From positions 43,586,001-43,650,000 of the forward strand of contig CAIIXF020000001.1 in NCBI GenBank assembly GCA_903813345.2: DNA of 64,000 nucleotides. The letters run 5' to 3'. The stretch comes from Owenia fusiformis. Lineage: Eukaryota. Position 1 is the stretch's first letter, and each line of letters starts with the position of its first letter. The position numbers were made by a program, and so were the translations under genes. This document shows, one piece after another, positions 52,760 through 64,000 of the stretch. The notes beneath the pieces were generated by a model. It saw nothing but the letters and a program-made list of their open reading frames with translations, was not told the origin of the DNA and did no database searches.

Positions 52760-53900
52760 TCAGGAAAACACATCAGCACAGCGCCATAGTGGATCACAGC
52801 TACGCTAGCTCTGATGAAATCTGTTCTCAGAATTCCTTCTCTGTTAATGTTGTTAATGTCAGCAATCGCCATCTGCGTCAAGGTTATTCTCCCATCTCAT
52901 GCCATCTCCATAAACAGGAGCCAAAAGCAGCAACAGAACAATCAGCTTGAACAAGGACATTTCTCTCGCTAGGTTTCAACTATTCTCCTCACTGTTTGTG
53001 CCTTGCAAGAGTTGGTAACCATGCTTCTATCCAGATTAAGAAATTGTACAGGATGAATTGCTGAGTTACTGGATATAGAACTCTTACTCTCGGGGAGCTT
53101 TTCTCTCTTATGACCTCTTTTGGGGCTTTAGACAAACATAAGACATGTGCCCTTAGGCTGATCAATCAAAACATACCAATTGACAGCTCTGCAAAACATT
53201 CCTTCTCACAACAACTCCTATAATTAATGCCACAATGTGCACAGAGCTCTCTTCTTGAAACGTTTGACAGACTCTTTTATATTCCTCTTCATCTCCATCT
53301 TTATTTCTTCAACCATTTAAGGAGGTTTTCCCCCACATGATCACTAGAAGAAAAGGAGATATGATGATCCCGTTGTATTAGCTTGAGTCCTTTCTGGATC
53401 CATTCAGATTCCTGATACGCTTCCTCCCCTGGGCCACTTCCATGGTCTGATCAAGAGACTTTGGATCTCTTCTGTGTACTGCTGCTCATCATCAGTTATG
53501 GCATTCTCAGAGCTCTATACCTCGCTAGTCTATCTTGTGAAGAGCAAGGCATCTCGAGATATGTTAAAGCCTCCACCAGGTCATCATAGGCATACCCCTC
53601 TTCCAGCTCCTGCACTAGCTGCTGCGCTTAATATCTTCCATCAACTGGTTAGTAAGGCCTGCCTCTTCTCTTCATCATTTCTCTGCTTGCTCACCATGCA
53701 ATTCTTGAAGTATGCTTTGAAGTCTAACCACAGTGTGTTCCCATCAAACAATGGGGTTGGTTTAATCTTGGTTTTCCTTCCAAATTGTGCTGACTCTAGA
53801 GCCATCTCATACATGCCCAATGCTTTCTCAGCAAATTTAGCCTTTATAGCCTGTCCTTGATTGTCATCTGAGCGCTGTACTATTACTCTCGCATTTTTAT
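52760..53900 (-). mobile_element. Decayed Ty3/Gypsy gag(-protease) relic
   Basis: Minus frame 53880-53641 reads ...GRKTKIKPTPLFDGNTLWLDFKAYFKNCMVSKQRNDEEKRQALLTS*, resembling the KP..FDG...W..F...F.......W.DEEK...L..SL motif of Gypsy Gag. Downstream are a CAHCG knuckle-like remnant and multiple stops/frameshifts. Confidence 0.55.
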
Positions 53901-56381
53901 AACATTTGACCTCAGAGTTCCCAAACCTTTAAGACATCATTTGGGATTCAGTTTAATTCAATTCTCTCTTACAGTGAGTCACAGGATCTCCTCTCATACC
54001 AGGAATGTCTGTTGAATATATAAGCAAAAATGCCAAAACTTTAAGGAAACCCAAAAAGAAAAGCAAACTGTAAGTGCAAATTTGTCATAAGAAAAGTAGA
54101 CCCTATATATCCCAAAACCATGATGTAACGTGAAAAGAAACAATGTCTCCCCCTCCAATCGAGAACCAATATCACAATCCAGGACCAGAACACCAAGGGA
54201 CATTTCATTCATACTGAAGTCATTACAATACATGTTGAAGAAAAAATTGAAAAATTTATAGCCAATACTCATAACATTAAAATTAGTTGTAGATACCTGT
54301 ACCAGTACTCATAAAAGATAGAGTATTCAGTCTCAAATGATGAAGTTAGAGGAAGCTGCCTCATCGGTCTCAATATATAGGTAAACAATCTGAAGCAATT
54401 TAATGAGGATGTTGTCGGGACAATTGGGTCTATTTCAACAGAATATACTGGTCTTGTGTGCCACAGTTTGTACGTAAGATGTCAAAGTTGTATATTTGCC
54501 CCTAAAATTCAGACATTGTCCTGACAACACCCTGATCGAAGTGCCTCAGATTGCTACCTCGTACTTTTTCTGGTAACTCAGACCTAGAAGAAGTCAGTAC
54601 ATATGGTCTTAGTCTGGATTCACCTAATCTGGATTCATTTCTTTTGGAAATACTTTGGTCTCCACTAGGAGTCGTCTTGGCTCTCTCATTTTGGCCCAGT
54701 TTTAGTGTGTCATCCACTTTAAAACCAGGAGCATCTCACTTTTCTCTCCAGACAAGACTGTTCTTCTTGACACCTTTCATTTGGAGGGGTTTCAAGCTGT
54801 TTCAATCACAACTTGGGAACCAATTTCACAATTTCTTCTGGAATCCTCTTCATCCAACTTCCTTGACATCTCATCTCTTTGGGCAACAGAACCCATCACT
54901 GCCACCAATGTCTCGCTTTGCCTTTTCCTGAGTATCCCGTATGCTCATTAAAAAGAATATCAGGGGCGATCAATAATAACTCTTAGAGGTTTTTCTATGA
55001 GTGCCGACCTTGTGTGGTGGTACCGCAGTTAAAGATGGCTCACATGAAACAATTGCATACACATTTTTAAATCTATTCCAACAAAGATGATACAGAAAAC
55101 ACAAATATCCATATATGATTTAATGTCACTATGATTGTGTATCTTTGGGAGTCGGCACATCTCTTTGGGAAATATATTCTCTGCTCTTGGAATGGGTTCA
55201 GCTCTAGGAGTAACTCTGCTCTAGTAGACTATAGGAGTCACTTCGTCTATATAGGAAGTATCGTATCTGGTCTTGGACAGTGTCTGGGCTCTAGGAGTAA
55301 ACTCTGCTCTGAGAGTCTCTCGTAACTTCTCTGAGTATTACCAATTCACTCTCTCTCAGAGTAATCTCACTTGGGAGAAATTAGAACTCAAGGAGTATCA
55401 TGATTCCTTAAGTGTAATCTCAGCTCCAGGAGTCATCTCATCCCTGCGGGAAATCATGTTTCTGCTCTTGAAATGGGTCCAGGCTCTGGGAGTATCTTCT
55501 GCTCCAGGAATTGACTCGCTACCAGAGTGATCCCTAATCTACTTCTGCTCAAAAGAGAGCTACATCTCTATGAGCAAACTCGTCTCTTGGAAGAGTCGAG
55601 GCTCTAGAAGTAACCTCTGCTTTGGAAATCACTTTGAAACAGGAGTAACCTGAGCCTCTGCTCTTTGGTGTGGTCCAGTACATCGATCAACAATATGAGA
55701 TTAGACAGAGTTATAATCACTCGGAAGAAATCAGAACCACCTGGGAGAAATTTTCTCTCAAAGTGGCCATCACTTCCGGCAATGAAAGATGGCTAACCAC
55801 AAGTTCTATGGGATGAAGAAGGCCAAAGGGCGGACCGCAAACTACGCATGATGGTGTCAACCTCAAGGAGGACTCACCCTCAATTTCGTTCCTAACGAGG
55901 TCTTGTCTCTTCAAGATCTTGTGTTACTCTTATTCACATGATCAGTTTCTCACACCCAAGTTCAGACACCCATTATTGATGAAAATTTATTCAGCCAGGA
56001 AAAGAAGATTAAGGCATCTGATTGGCTGGTGGCCAGTTACTTAATAGCTGATTATTTGAAACTGTCTGCCGAACCAGTAAACATTAGTATGTCTATGTTT
56101 CATTATGCATATATATATACTACCCTTTACTAAAGATATTCTGAACTACAGGGAACAAAATATGAAATGAAGTCAAAATGACATCAACTGAAACTACCTA
56201 TAATTGACATAGTATTGCCCAAAACTGACCATTTTAGTCCATAACCTAACTTTGCCAAGTGGTTGATAGGTTAACATTTTAACGTCATGGCTCCCCCTAG
56301 CTATGCCTAGTGAATTAATGAAAGTAAATGGCATAATACTGACAAAAATACATCATTTTTGTAAATGTTTTACCGTTGCTA

Positions 56382-57905
56382 GGTGTATCTGGTCAACTTG
56401 GACCTAGTTAACTCAGACCCTAGTTAAAGGTATTCTGGGAGATACAAGTGACAAAATATTGCTTCTGGAACGAGATCAAACGACTTTGACATATTCTTTA
56501 CCCTACCTATGTTGCAATTTAACAATCAACGCAAGTATACATACCATATTTAAGCACATACCGGACACATTCATTAAGATATTTCTTGATTGATCAAATC
56601 GATTATTCAGATTTTGCCTTGGATTTGATTTTAAATGCTTCTAAATGATTTTCTAATGCTTACTATGATTTCTATTCTATTTTTATTTCGATAAGCATTT
56701 AATCAGGGTGTTGAAGTTAACAAAATATAGAGGTACTACATTAATTCCAATATGCAGTATGAAGAAATATATCAGTACATGTACATTTTTGTTTTAAGGT
56801 TCAGCTTGAAAATAACAATTTATTGTTTGTAATACATTTTGGGTATATTATTAAAGCTTCATGTAAAATCATAGTATTGGTGACTACATTTTCACAGGCT
56901 GGTATCGAAAGATTTGTCCGCTGTGACGGAGCATGCTATTTTTCGTAAAAACACTAAGAATGCTTCACACTTTATTTTTTAGCTCATATATTTCGTTACA
57001 TCAAGGAAAAATACTTGCTCCATGCAATGGATACATCATTTGCGGGTAACCTTCACTTCTGTTTGAAGTCCAATAACGCTTGGAGTAAAAGCTATTGAAA
57101 ACGGCGCCAGAGTATCAAACTCTAAAATGTACCAATTCTTTTTAAACTTTTTAATGGCATGATATAGTGACACGATAATATTAAAATATGTTTTCAGCAT
57201 AACTCTAAATGTATCAATGAGATATTTTATAAAAAATAATACGAATATTTTTTGTCCGCTGTGACGGAGCATTTTCACAGTTTACATTTGCAACTGCTCC
57301 GTCACAGCGGACAAAAAAATTAAACATTATTTTTTATAAAAGAATTAAAAAGACCAAATACATCAAGATCTCATTTATACCTTCATAGTAATGCTGAAAC
57401 CATGTGAAAATATTATCGTGTCGCTATATCGTGCCATTAGAAAGTTAAACAAGAAATGGTACATTCTGAAGTATGATACTTCGGCGCCATTTTCAATAGC
57501 TTTTCATCCCAGCGTAATTGGACTTCAAACAGAAGTGAAAGTTACCAGCAAATGATATATCCATTGCATGGAGTAAGTAATTTTGTTTGGTTTAATGAAA
57601 CATATAAGTTAAAAAATAAATCGTGAAGTATTCTTAGTGTTTTTATGAGAAATAGCATGCTCCGTCACAGTGGACAAATATTTCGATACCAGCCTGTGCT
57701 TTTAGGCATATTTAATCCTATTTGATTTCACAATTAGAATGTATGATTTATGATTGACTCTTGCAATTATATATGATCACTTTTGCTTTAATATATTAAA
57801 CATAACTCAAAATATTGAAAAAAAGATTCAGAAATACATTGGTACTAGTTGACTAGGGCCTGAGTTGACTAGGGTCAGAGTTAACTAGGTCTGAGTTGAC
57901 TAGGA
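56382..57905. mobile_element. Mutator-like non-autonomous element
   Basis: Direct flanks accgttgcta at 56372-56381 and 57906-57915 (9-10 bp TSD). Inverted subterminal repeats ctagttaactcagacc / ggtcagagttaactag. Confidence 0.65.
56893..57698. mobile_element. 806-bp palindromic MITE with CAC termini (Transib-like)
   Basis: cacaggctggtatcgaaa / tttcgataccagcctgtg with about 380-bp arms. Flanks atttt / ctttt (5 bp, one mismatch). Confidence 0.7.
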
Positions 57906-60650
57906 ACCGTTGCTATGTGTTTGCTAGGCATATGTTATGACTACACAATGCCTAAATATATAAGGGTTATGTACTGGGAGGTTTTGGATATGGGGTTTAT
58001 CCAGAGTGAGATATGCGTATCTACCTGAGGGACTGTAGGGACCAAAGGTAGATGTGCATATCTCACGAGGGATGAATCCAATATCCAAACCGACCGTACA
58101 TAACTGCTTTATCCTATATCAAGTAGAGTCTTTCTTTCTTGAAAGTTATCATATTTTCCAATATATCATTTTAAAGGTTATGTAAAATGCTGATCACCCT
58201 TAGAATATCAAAAATGAACTCTTCCTAAATTGCTACAATGTTTCTTGTAAGGTTGTAGTTGACCATTGATTACGTCAAAAGAAGTTAAATTACCAGAATA
58301 GTGAATGGACGGTGAAAAGTTGATACTGCAATAATGGAGGACAGGGACGAAAGATTAATTGAAGACTAACAAAAGGAGAAGCTTTATAGCCATGAAACAT
58401 TGCTTAAATGTATCAAAAGGCTCCCAGAAGCCTAGAAAGTGGAACACTCCTGTTTGTGAACATTTTGGAAGCGTATCCTCGTAGAATTGAGACTGCCTGA
58501 GCTGCTTGGGGGAAACATACGAACTATTAAAAATGTGAAATATCGACATCACTAAAAATGCTCTAAAAAATTTGTAATGTAACCTATCACTCGGAAAATT
58601 GGTGTGTGGTCAGCAAATTGAATTCCCTTTAAGATTTTTTTTGATAAACCTATGTTAGTTCTAAATTAAAAAAATATGGGGGATGGAGAACAGACTTATA
58701 TGATGCCCTGTACAGTGTATTTATGAAGCTCAGATGTGCTTTGTGGTTGCATAAATTGTAAATTACATAATTTTGGACAAAATACCTCATTTTCGGCAGC
58801 TTTTGACCATTTTTAGGTGGTTCCTAGGCAGGTACATTTTATTTTGTTGCATAGTGTCCGTTTTGAACACACACATTGGTATTTCTTAGATTATAATACT
58901 AGTGTCTTAATCTTAAATGAGTGTTTTGATAACATAACCTGTGAGTAAATGGTAGAATACTGATGGACTATCTCATTTTTTGGCGAACTTTAGAACGTTT
59001 CTATGTGGTTTCTAGGCAACACATATGACATCACAATAACCAGTGTACAAAGACAGTGATATATTGTAGGGTCAATGCTGACGGGTGATTCTTTCTCCAT
59101 ATATAGATGTTTTAGTGCCTATACAATGATGAAACTAGGGCAAAATGGCCATAATAAGGCGTTTTAATCCATTCCTAAGTGGTTGCTAGGCAACAAGATG
59201 ACATCACAAGTTCTTAACCACTTTATATGCGCCACGTTTTGTTTTCCAACGTCCAAATGGTTTGGTAGCAAACAGGCATGGACATACACACACAGATAGA
59301 CAGAGAATCAGTAAATTGTAGTAAAATGCGATTAAATAAGGATTCAGCATTTTACCATAGTGTAGCCATGGGTTTAAGAGGCTCTAGAACAAAAGTGTAT
59401 TAATGTTATGTAACATCAAAGGTATCACTGGAAAGAGCACATTAACGTGAACAAAAGTAATCTAATTTTATTTGATAAGAATATTCACTAAGGTATTTAA
59501 TTGACATTTATGTGGAGCAATTCGTTAAATATACCTTAAAATGAGAATTTAAGGATATTATGACGTCATAATTGCCAGGTGAACAATTGAAACCGACTAA
59601 ATAATACATAGGGTGACGGGACATTTTATTACCTTCAATATGGTACCAATATCATTAAAAATAGTTAAAAATTAAAAAAGTTATGGCCAATATTGTGTTT
59701 ATCATTCTTTATGGCTAATGAAAAGTGGGCGTGGCACTTTGCACCCGTTTCCATGGTAACGGGCCATTTTTCAAAACTTTTCATTGTCATATTTGGAATC
59801 TCCATATCAATATTATGAAAGAACAACATGTTTTGAGCGGTTGCAGTCAATCTTAATTAAAGTTCCATATTTGACCCTGCTCCCACTCGCCTATATTTTT
59901 TACACCTCATACCATATACGATAAATTTTGCCCCCTCTTATACAATATACAATAAATTTTCAGCCTCTTATACGATATACAATAACTCTATACACCCCCC
60001 CCCCCTTGAAATTACATAATATATGCTTACTAAATAGAAAGTTGTGGCATACATGTTTAATATTAATTTTTTCTTGCGCCTCGAATAATTATACCTTGAA
60101 TGTAATTCTAAAAGTGTTAATACCATGATACTGATACAATTGCTTCCCGGTGAATCACATCAGGGAATATAGCCGATTTAATTGATTCGAAAATGTCTCT
60201 CTTCAGAAATCGTATTCAACTGGCTATCGCCCCATTGCAATACATGTACTTGTACTAGTCGTTCCATTATTTTATTCTTCGACGATTTTAAATTGTAATT
60301 GAATTTAAACTTCATGTTGAAATATATTGAATTAATTACGTTTCAAAACTTCCGTATACAAATACGGTAAAACCTGCGGACAAGGAACGGTGGTCAAAAT
60401 TGTTTCTTGTCGACAGATATGCCACAGAGAGGCTGCATGTTTTAGGCCAGCCCCAAACACTATTGATGTGTCGTAAGACGATGCTTACAACTGATACTCA
60501 AGTTTCTTCCTATTTGCGCCATTTTCGAATTCAACGGACGGCTGATGGATTAACATACTAATTTATGTCAAACTCACTCAAATATGCATGGAGTATTGGC
60601 GAGACGGGTAATATTCATATTAAAATGAATTGGTCATGAAATAGTAGTTA

Positions 60651-61060
60651 CACACGGTCCTTACTTCGACCGTTAATTTGAATTTTTGACCTACCGGATG
60701 TTTGAAAATCAAGGATTACGAGTCTCATACTGCACCGTTTTTCTTCAAACTTGTTCCATTCAAAGCATAACAAAAATCCCTTTCTGATGGTACATTATTC
60801 TCTTAAACAGAGTCCCTACTTCCAGCGGCATTTTGGTCCCCAGCTGTAAGAAGGCCTTCTAACAGCTGGGGACCAAAACGCTGCTAGAACGAGGGACTCT
60901 TTACAATAAAGTAATGCACCGACAGAAAGGCAATTTTGTTTTGCTTTTAATGGTATAGGTTTGAAGAAAAACGGTGCAGTATGAGACTCGCAATCCTTGA
61001 TTGTCAAGCATCTGGTAGGTCGAAAATTCAAATTAACGATCGAAGTAAGGACCGCGTGAG
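60651..61060. mobile_element. 410-bp palindromic MITE
   Basis: cacggtccttacttcgaccgttaatttgaatttt / aaaattcaaattaacgatcgaagtaaggaccgcgtg, palindromic to the centre. One arm is also present at 13154-13250, and a diverged relative lies at about 45808. Confidence 0.85.
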
Positions 61061-62041
61061 TTAAACCACCAGCCGATCACCGAGATATTTTAGTAATGGC
61101 TACACTATTTGAAATATAACTGAGAATTAGTCCATTTGGAAATTGAACGTTTTTATACGATTATTACATACTAGTCGTCTGTATAAACCCCAAATCCAAT
61201 TGCTCCTAGTAATTAACATAGGCCTATTTTTATTCCATATGTTTTCCAAAGGAAATGATAGAAAATGAAAACAATACTTGTAATCGTATTGACAGCTGAA
61301 ATGTATAAAAATCGAAATTATAGGAAAAATGTATGGACATGTGTACGGAATGATCACATTCATCTTGTTTTATTTTCCCGAGAATTTTGAACTAGTCTTT
61401 TTCTGTGCTGACTTCGTTGTTAAATAAAGAATAAAAAATTAGATTTTTGAGTTTGATCAATGGTTTATATCAAAAGAATAAAAATATTAATCATAATAAG
61501 AGGGTGGGGCAGATGAGTAATGCGCACGCGCAACGAAGCATTTTAAGTGCAGTGTAACACCAAATAATTGCTTCGTTAGGGTTGGATAAAGCCAGTGTGG
61601 ACACAATTTTTTCGCTAACCTTCGTTATAAAAATGCTTCGTTACAGCAGTGTAACAGGTACCATTCACTGATATAGCTATGGTGAATAGCTGTTTGGTAA
61701 ATGAGGCTTTTAGGTTTATACTTATCATTCTAGCTGTTGGTGCTGCACGATAAACTCCATCAAAAAGAAATTATTTTTGAAGGAACATCATCACTGTCAC
61801 AAAGTCGAAAGGTTGAAAAGTTGTTGCATACCTTTTAGGCCTCACATTAGGAGGTCCTTAAAATTTTGAGATTTTAATGGTGTTAATATCTCTGAGAATC
61901 AATCGACTCAACCAGAAAAGGTCTAATAAGTTTTCACTTATATTCGCCATTTATCAAGTTAACATTGTATTTCATCTAGGTATTGTGTGTATGTTATAGC
62001 AAATTCAGCACGTTGCAATAAACTGGGGCCACAAGCATATT

Positions 62042-62898
62042 CACCCTTGGTATACGCAGCTAACGAAAATTGACCGGTACGGGTCAAAAGCTAGACCGGT
62101 ACGGGTTAACGGTTTTATTTGAATTTAAAACAGCCATAACTTGCTCAATATTGACTTCCTCGTGTCTAATTTGAAATATATGATGCCTCCCGATGCTTTT
62201 AAGTACCCCAATTTTTTACAGATTTTTAAACGGACCAAAACTCTCTAAATGCGCATTTATGCTCTTTTCTCTGTCTCATTTTCACGATAACTTTTATTTA
62301 GTACTTCTAACATATAAGATCTATTTTTCCCCATCAAGGTATGATGTAAATGACATGCTATTTACATCTTGTGAGTTTCAATGACGCGCGTTTGATTTTA
62401 TAAAAAATGCCAGATGTAACACACATGTATAAAGATTCCTAAATTATGTTCATGCTATTGCCCCGAACCGGTCCGTCTTCTCGCTGCAAGCAGGATGAAA
62501 TTCTTTGTCACAAAGTTTGGCATTTTTTATAAAATCAAACGCGCGTCATTAAAACTCACAAGATGTAAATAGCATGTCATTTACATCATACCTTGATGGG
62601 GAAAACTAGATCTTATATGTTAGAAGTACTAAATAAAAGTTATCGTGAAAATGAGACAGTCGTTCTCGAGAGAAAAGAGCATAAATGCGCATTTAGAGAG
62701 TTTTGGTCCGTTTAAAAATCTGTAAAAATTGGGGTACTTAAAAGCATCGGGAGGCATCATATATTTCAAATTAGACACGAGGAAGTCAATATTGAGCAAG
62801 TTATGGCTGTTTTAAATTCAAATAAAACCGTTAACCCGTACCGATCCAGCTTTTGACCCGTACCGGTCAATTTTCGTTAGCTGCGTATACCAAGGGTG
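62042..62898. mobile_element. 857-bp near-perfect palindromic MITE, Transib-like
   Basis: cacccttggtatacgcagctaacg / cgttagctgcgtataccaagggtg with about 370-bp nearly identical arms. Perfect 5-bp TSD atatt (62037-62041, 62899-62903). Confidence 0.85.
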
Positions 62899-64000
62899 AT
62901 ATTGCTTTTCTTGTAATCAAGTGTATTGTATTGTCGTATTGAACATAACCTGACAATTGGTATAGAATCGTATGTATTTTAAACGTGAAGACGTGGTATT
63001 AATGGACAAGACAGGCTAAATCTTAAACTCACGTTGATTGGTGTTTAGAATCGACTATGGCAAACATACAAACGCACATACCGATGGGCAAAATGTTTCA
63101 GAATGAAACAATACTTTTGTCATAGACTCTGCGACCTACAGCTTCGACCTACAGGGTGTCCAAAAAGCGGGCCAAAAAGAAAGTTATAAAAACCCTTCGA
63201 CCTGCACCTTTGAATTTTCTTATGAAAATTGTCAAAGTCCAAAAATATTTCTTTGAAAAACGACTAAGTCCAACTTCACATAGATTATGAAATTGAACGG
63301 AGCTCTGTCCTCGTCGAAAGCTAGCTGTCATCTCTTGAGTTTACATCGGCGAAATACTTTAAAGTGTGCGCCAAAATTTAAAACTGCGCAGGCGCAGCGC
63401 TCCCGCTAACCTATATAAAGAGATTACCAGGTACAGGCTTCAGAGGTAAGCCAGGAAGGTGTACAACTATCGTCCCGTGCTGATTTCCCTTATAATCGTA
63501 ACCAGGCAAGTTTCACCATTGGAATTGAAAATGACTATTAGATATACTTTGTAGATGTTTATATATGAAGGTATTAAGTGTATGCATCAATCAAATGGCT
63601 CATTTTGAACATATAAAAGTATTTGTGTTTTGTTTCCCAGGGAATTGTATTCCCATGTAGTACACACATAAATAGTGTACATTATGTTGTACTTGAATAG
63701 CCTGGCTTATATAATATTGAACAGTTGAAGGGCATGCTGATTGTACACACGAGTACATGCATGAAGGCCTAATATTGATATTGCTTGCATACCTAAGTAA
63801 AAATAAACTCTTCTAATCCCCTAAGACGGCGGTAAACGTAGCCCGATTTATCGGGGGCTTTAAGGCCTGGTGACGTCATCACTTTTCGGACAAGATTTCA
63901 AAGTTAAATAACAAGTTATTGACGCCATATCCCGTTTTAATATTGATGATCACACAACAAGACTATAATAAATTGGAACTCAATAAATAGAATAGTAATT

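Larger units (their letters stand above)
50646..59893. mobile_element. Academ-like non-autonomous element, 9.2 kb, with long imperfect TIRs
   Basis: Termini taggagagtgggag / ctcccactcgccta with TAT on both flanks. The TIR continues (ttaattaagat..tgcaaccgc..atggaaacg..gccacgcccactttt versus its reverse complement at 59720-59860). Confidence 0.55.
47343..61658. mobile_element. Candidate outer DNA transposon (Harbinger-like ends) expanded to 14.3 kb by nested insertions
   Basis: Termini cctgttacac / gtgtaacagg. Both ends carry arrays of aacgaagca/tgcttcgtt and a gcgca.gcgc motif. Inner inverted pair gcaggttttaccgtat (about 47803) / atacggtaaaacctgc (about 60362). No clean TSD. Confidence 0.5.

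Noticed and set aside
53474..53860. 128-aa plus-strand ORF
   Set aside because: Antisense shadow of the minus-strand Gag-like relic.
63152..63400. Tc1-like left end TA-cagggtgtccaaaa
   Set aside because: No matching right TIR was found inside the window, so the element cannot be delimited.

Overview
AT-rich animal genomic DNA, probably a marine invertebrate (the species cannot be fixed from sequence), with GT-AG spliced genes. The supplied ORF track therefore shows only exon fragments and many spurious repeat ORFs. Manual splicing gives four genes in the first 40 kb. (1) ARFRP1, minus strand, 7 coding exons, 202 aa, with a 2.1-kb higher-order minisatellite filling one intron. (2) A short ASH1L-type histone methyltransferase gene, plus strand, about 605 aa, with an intact AWS-SET-postSET core but no visible bromo/PHD/BAH region. 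(3) An 8-exon, 550-aa gene joining a CaRF (ALS2CR8)-like DNA-binding region, two Cys/His zinc-finger-like modules and a C-terminal BTB/POZ domain, with a 4.66-kb foldback palindrome in one intron. (4) Uridine phosphorylase, plus strand, 8 coding exons, 311 aa. The remainder, especially 42-64 kb, is a dense nested set of non-autonomous DNA transposons (Tc1/mariner-, hAT/P-, Harbinger-, Kolobok-, Mutator-, Academ-, Transib- and Helentron-like, classed only by termini and target-site duplications, TSDs) plus a decayed Gypsy gag relic. The most notable items are the CaRF-ZnF-BTB architecture and the truncated ASH1L-like gene directly upstream of it. Family assignments rest on recalled motifs and need database confirmation.
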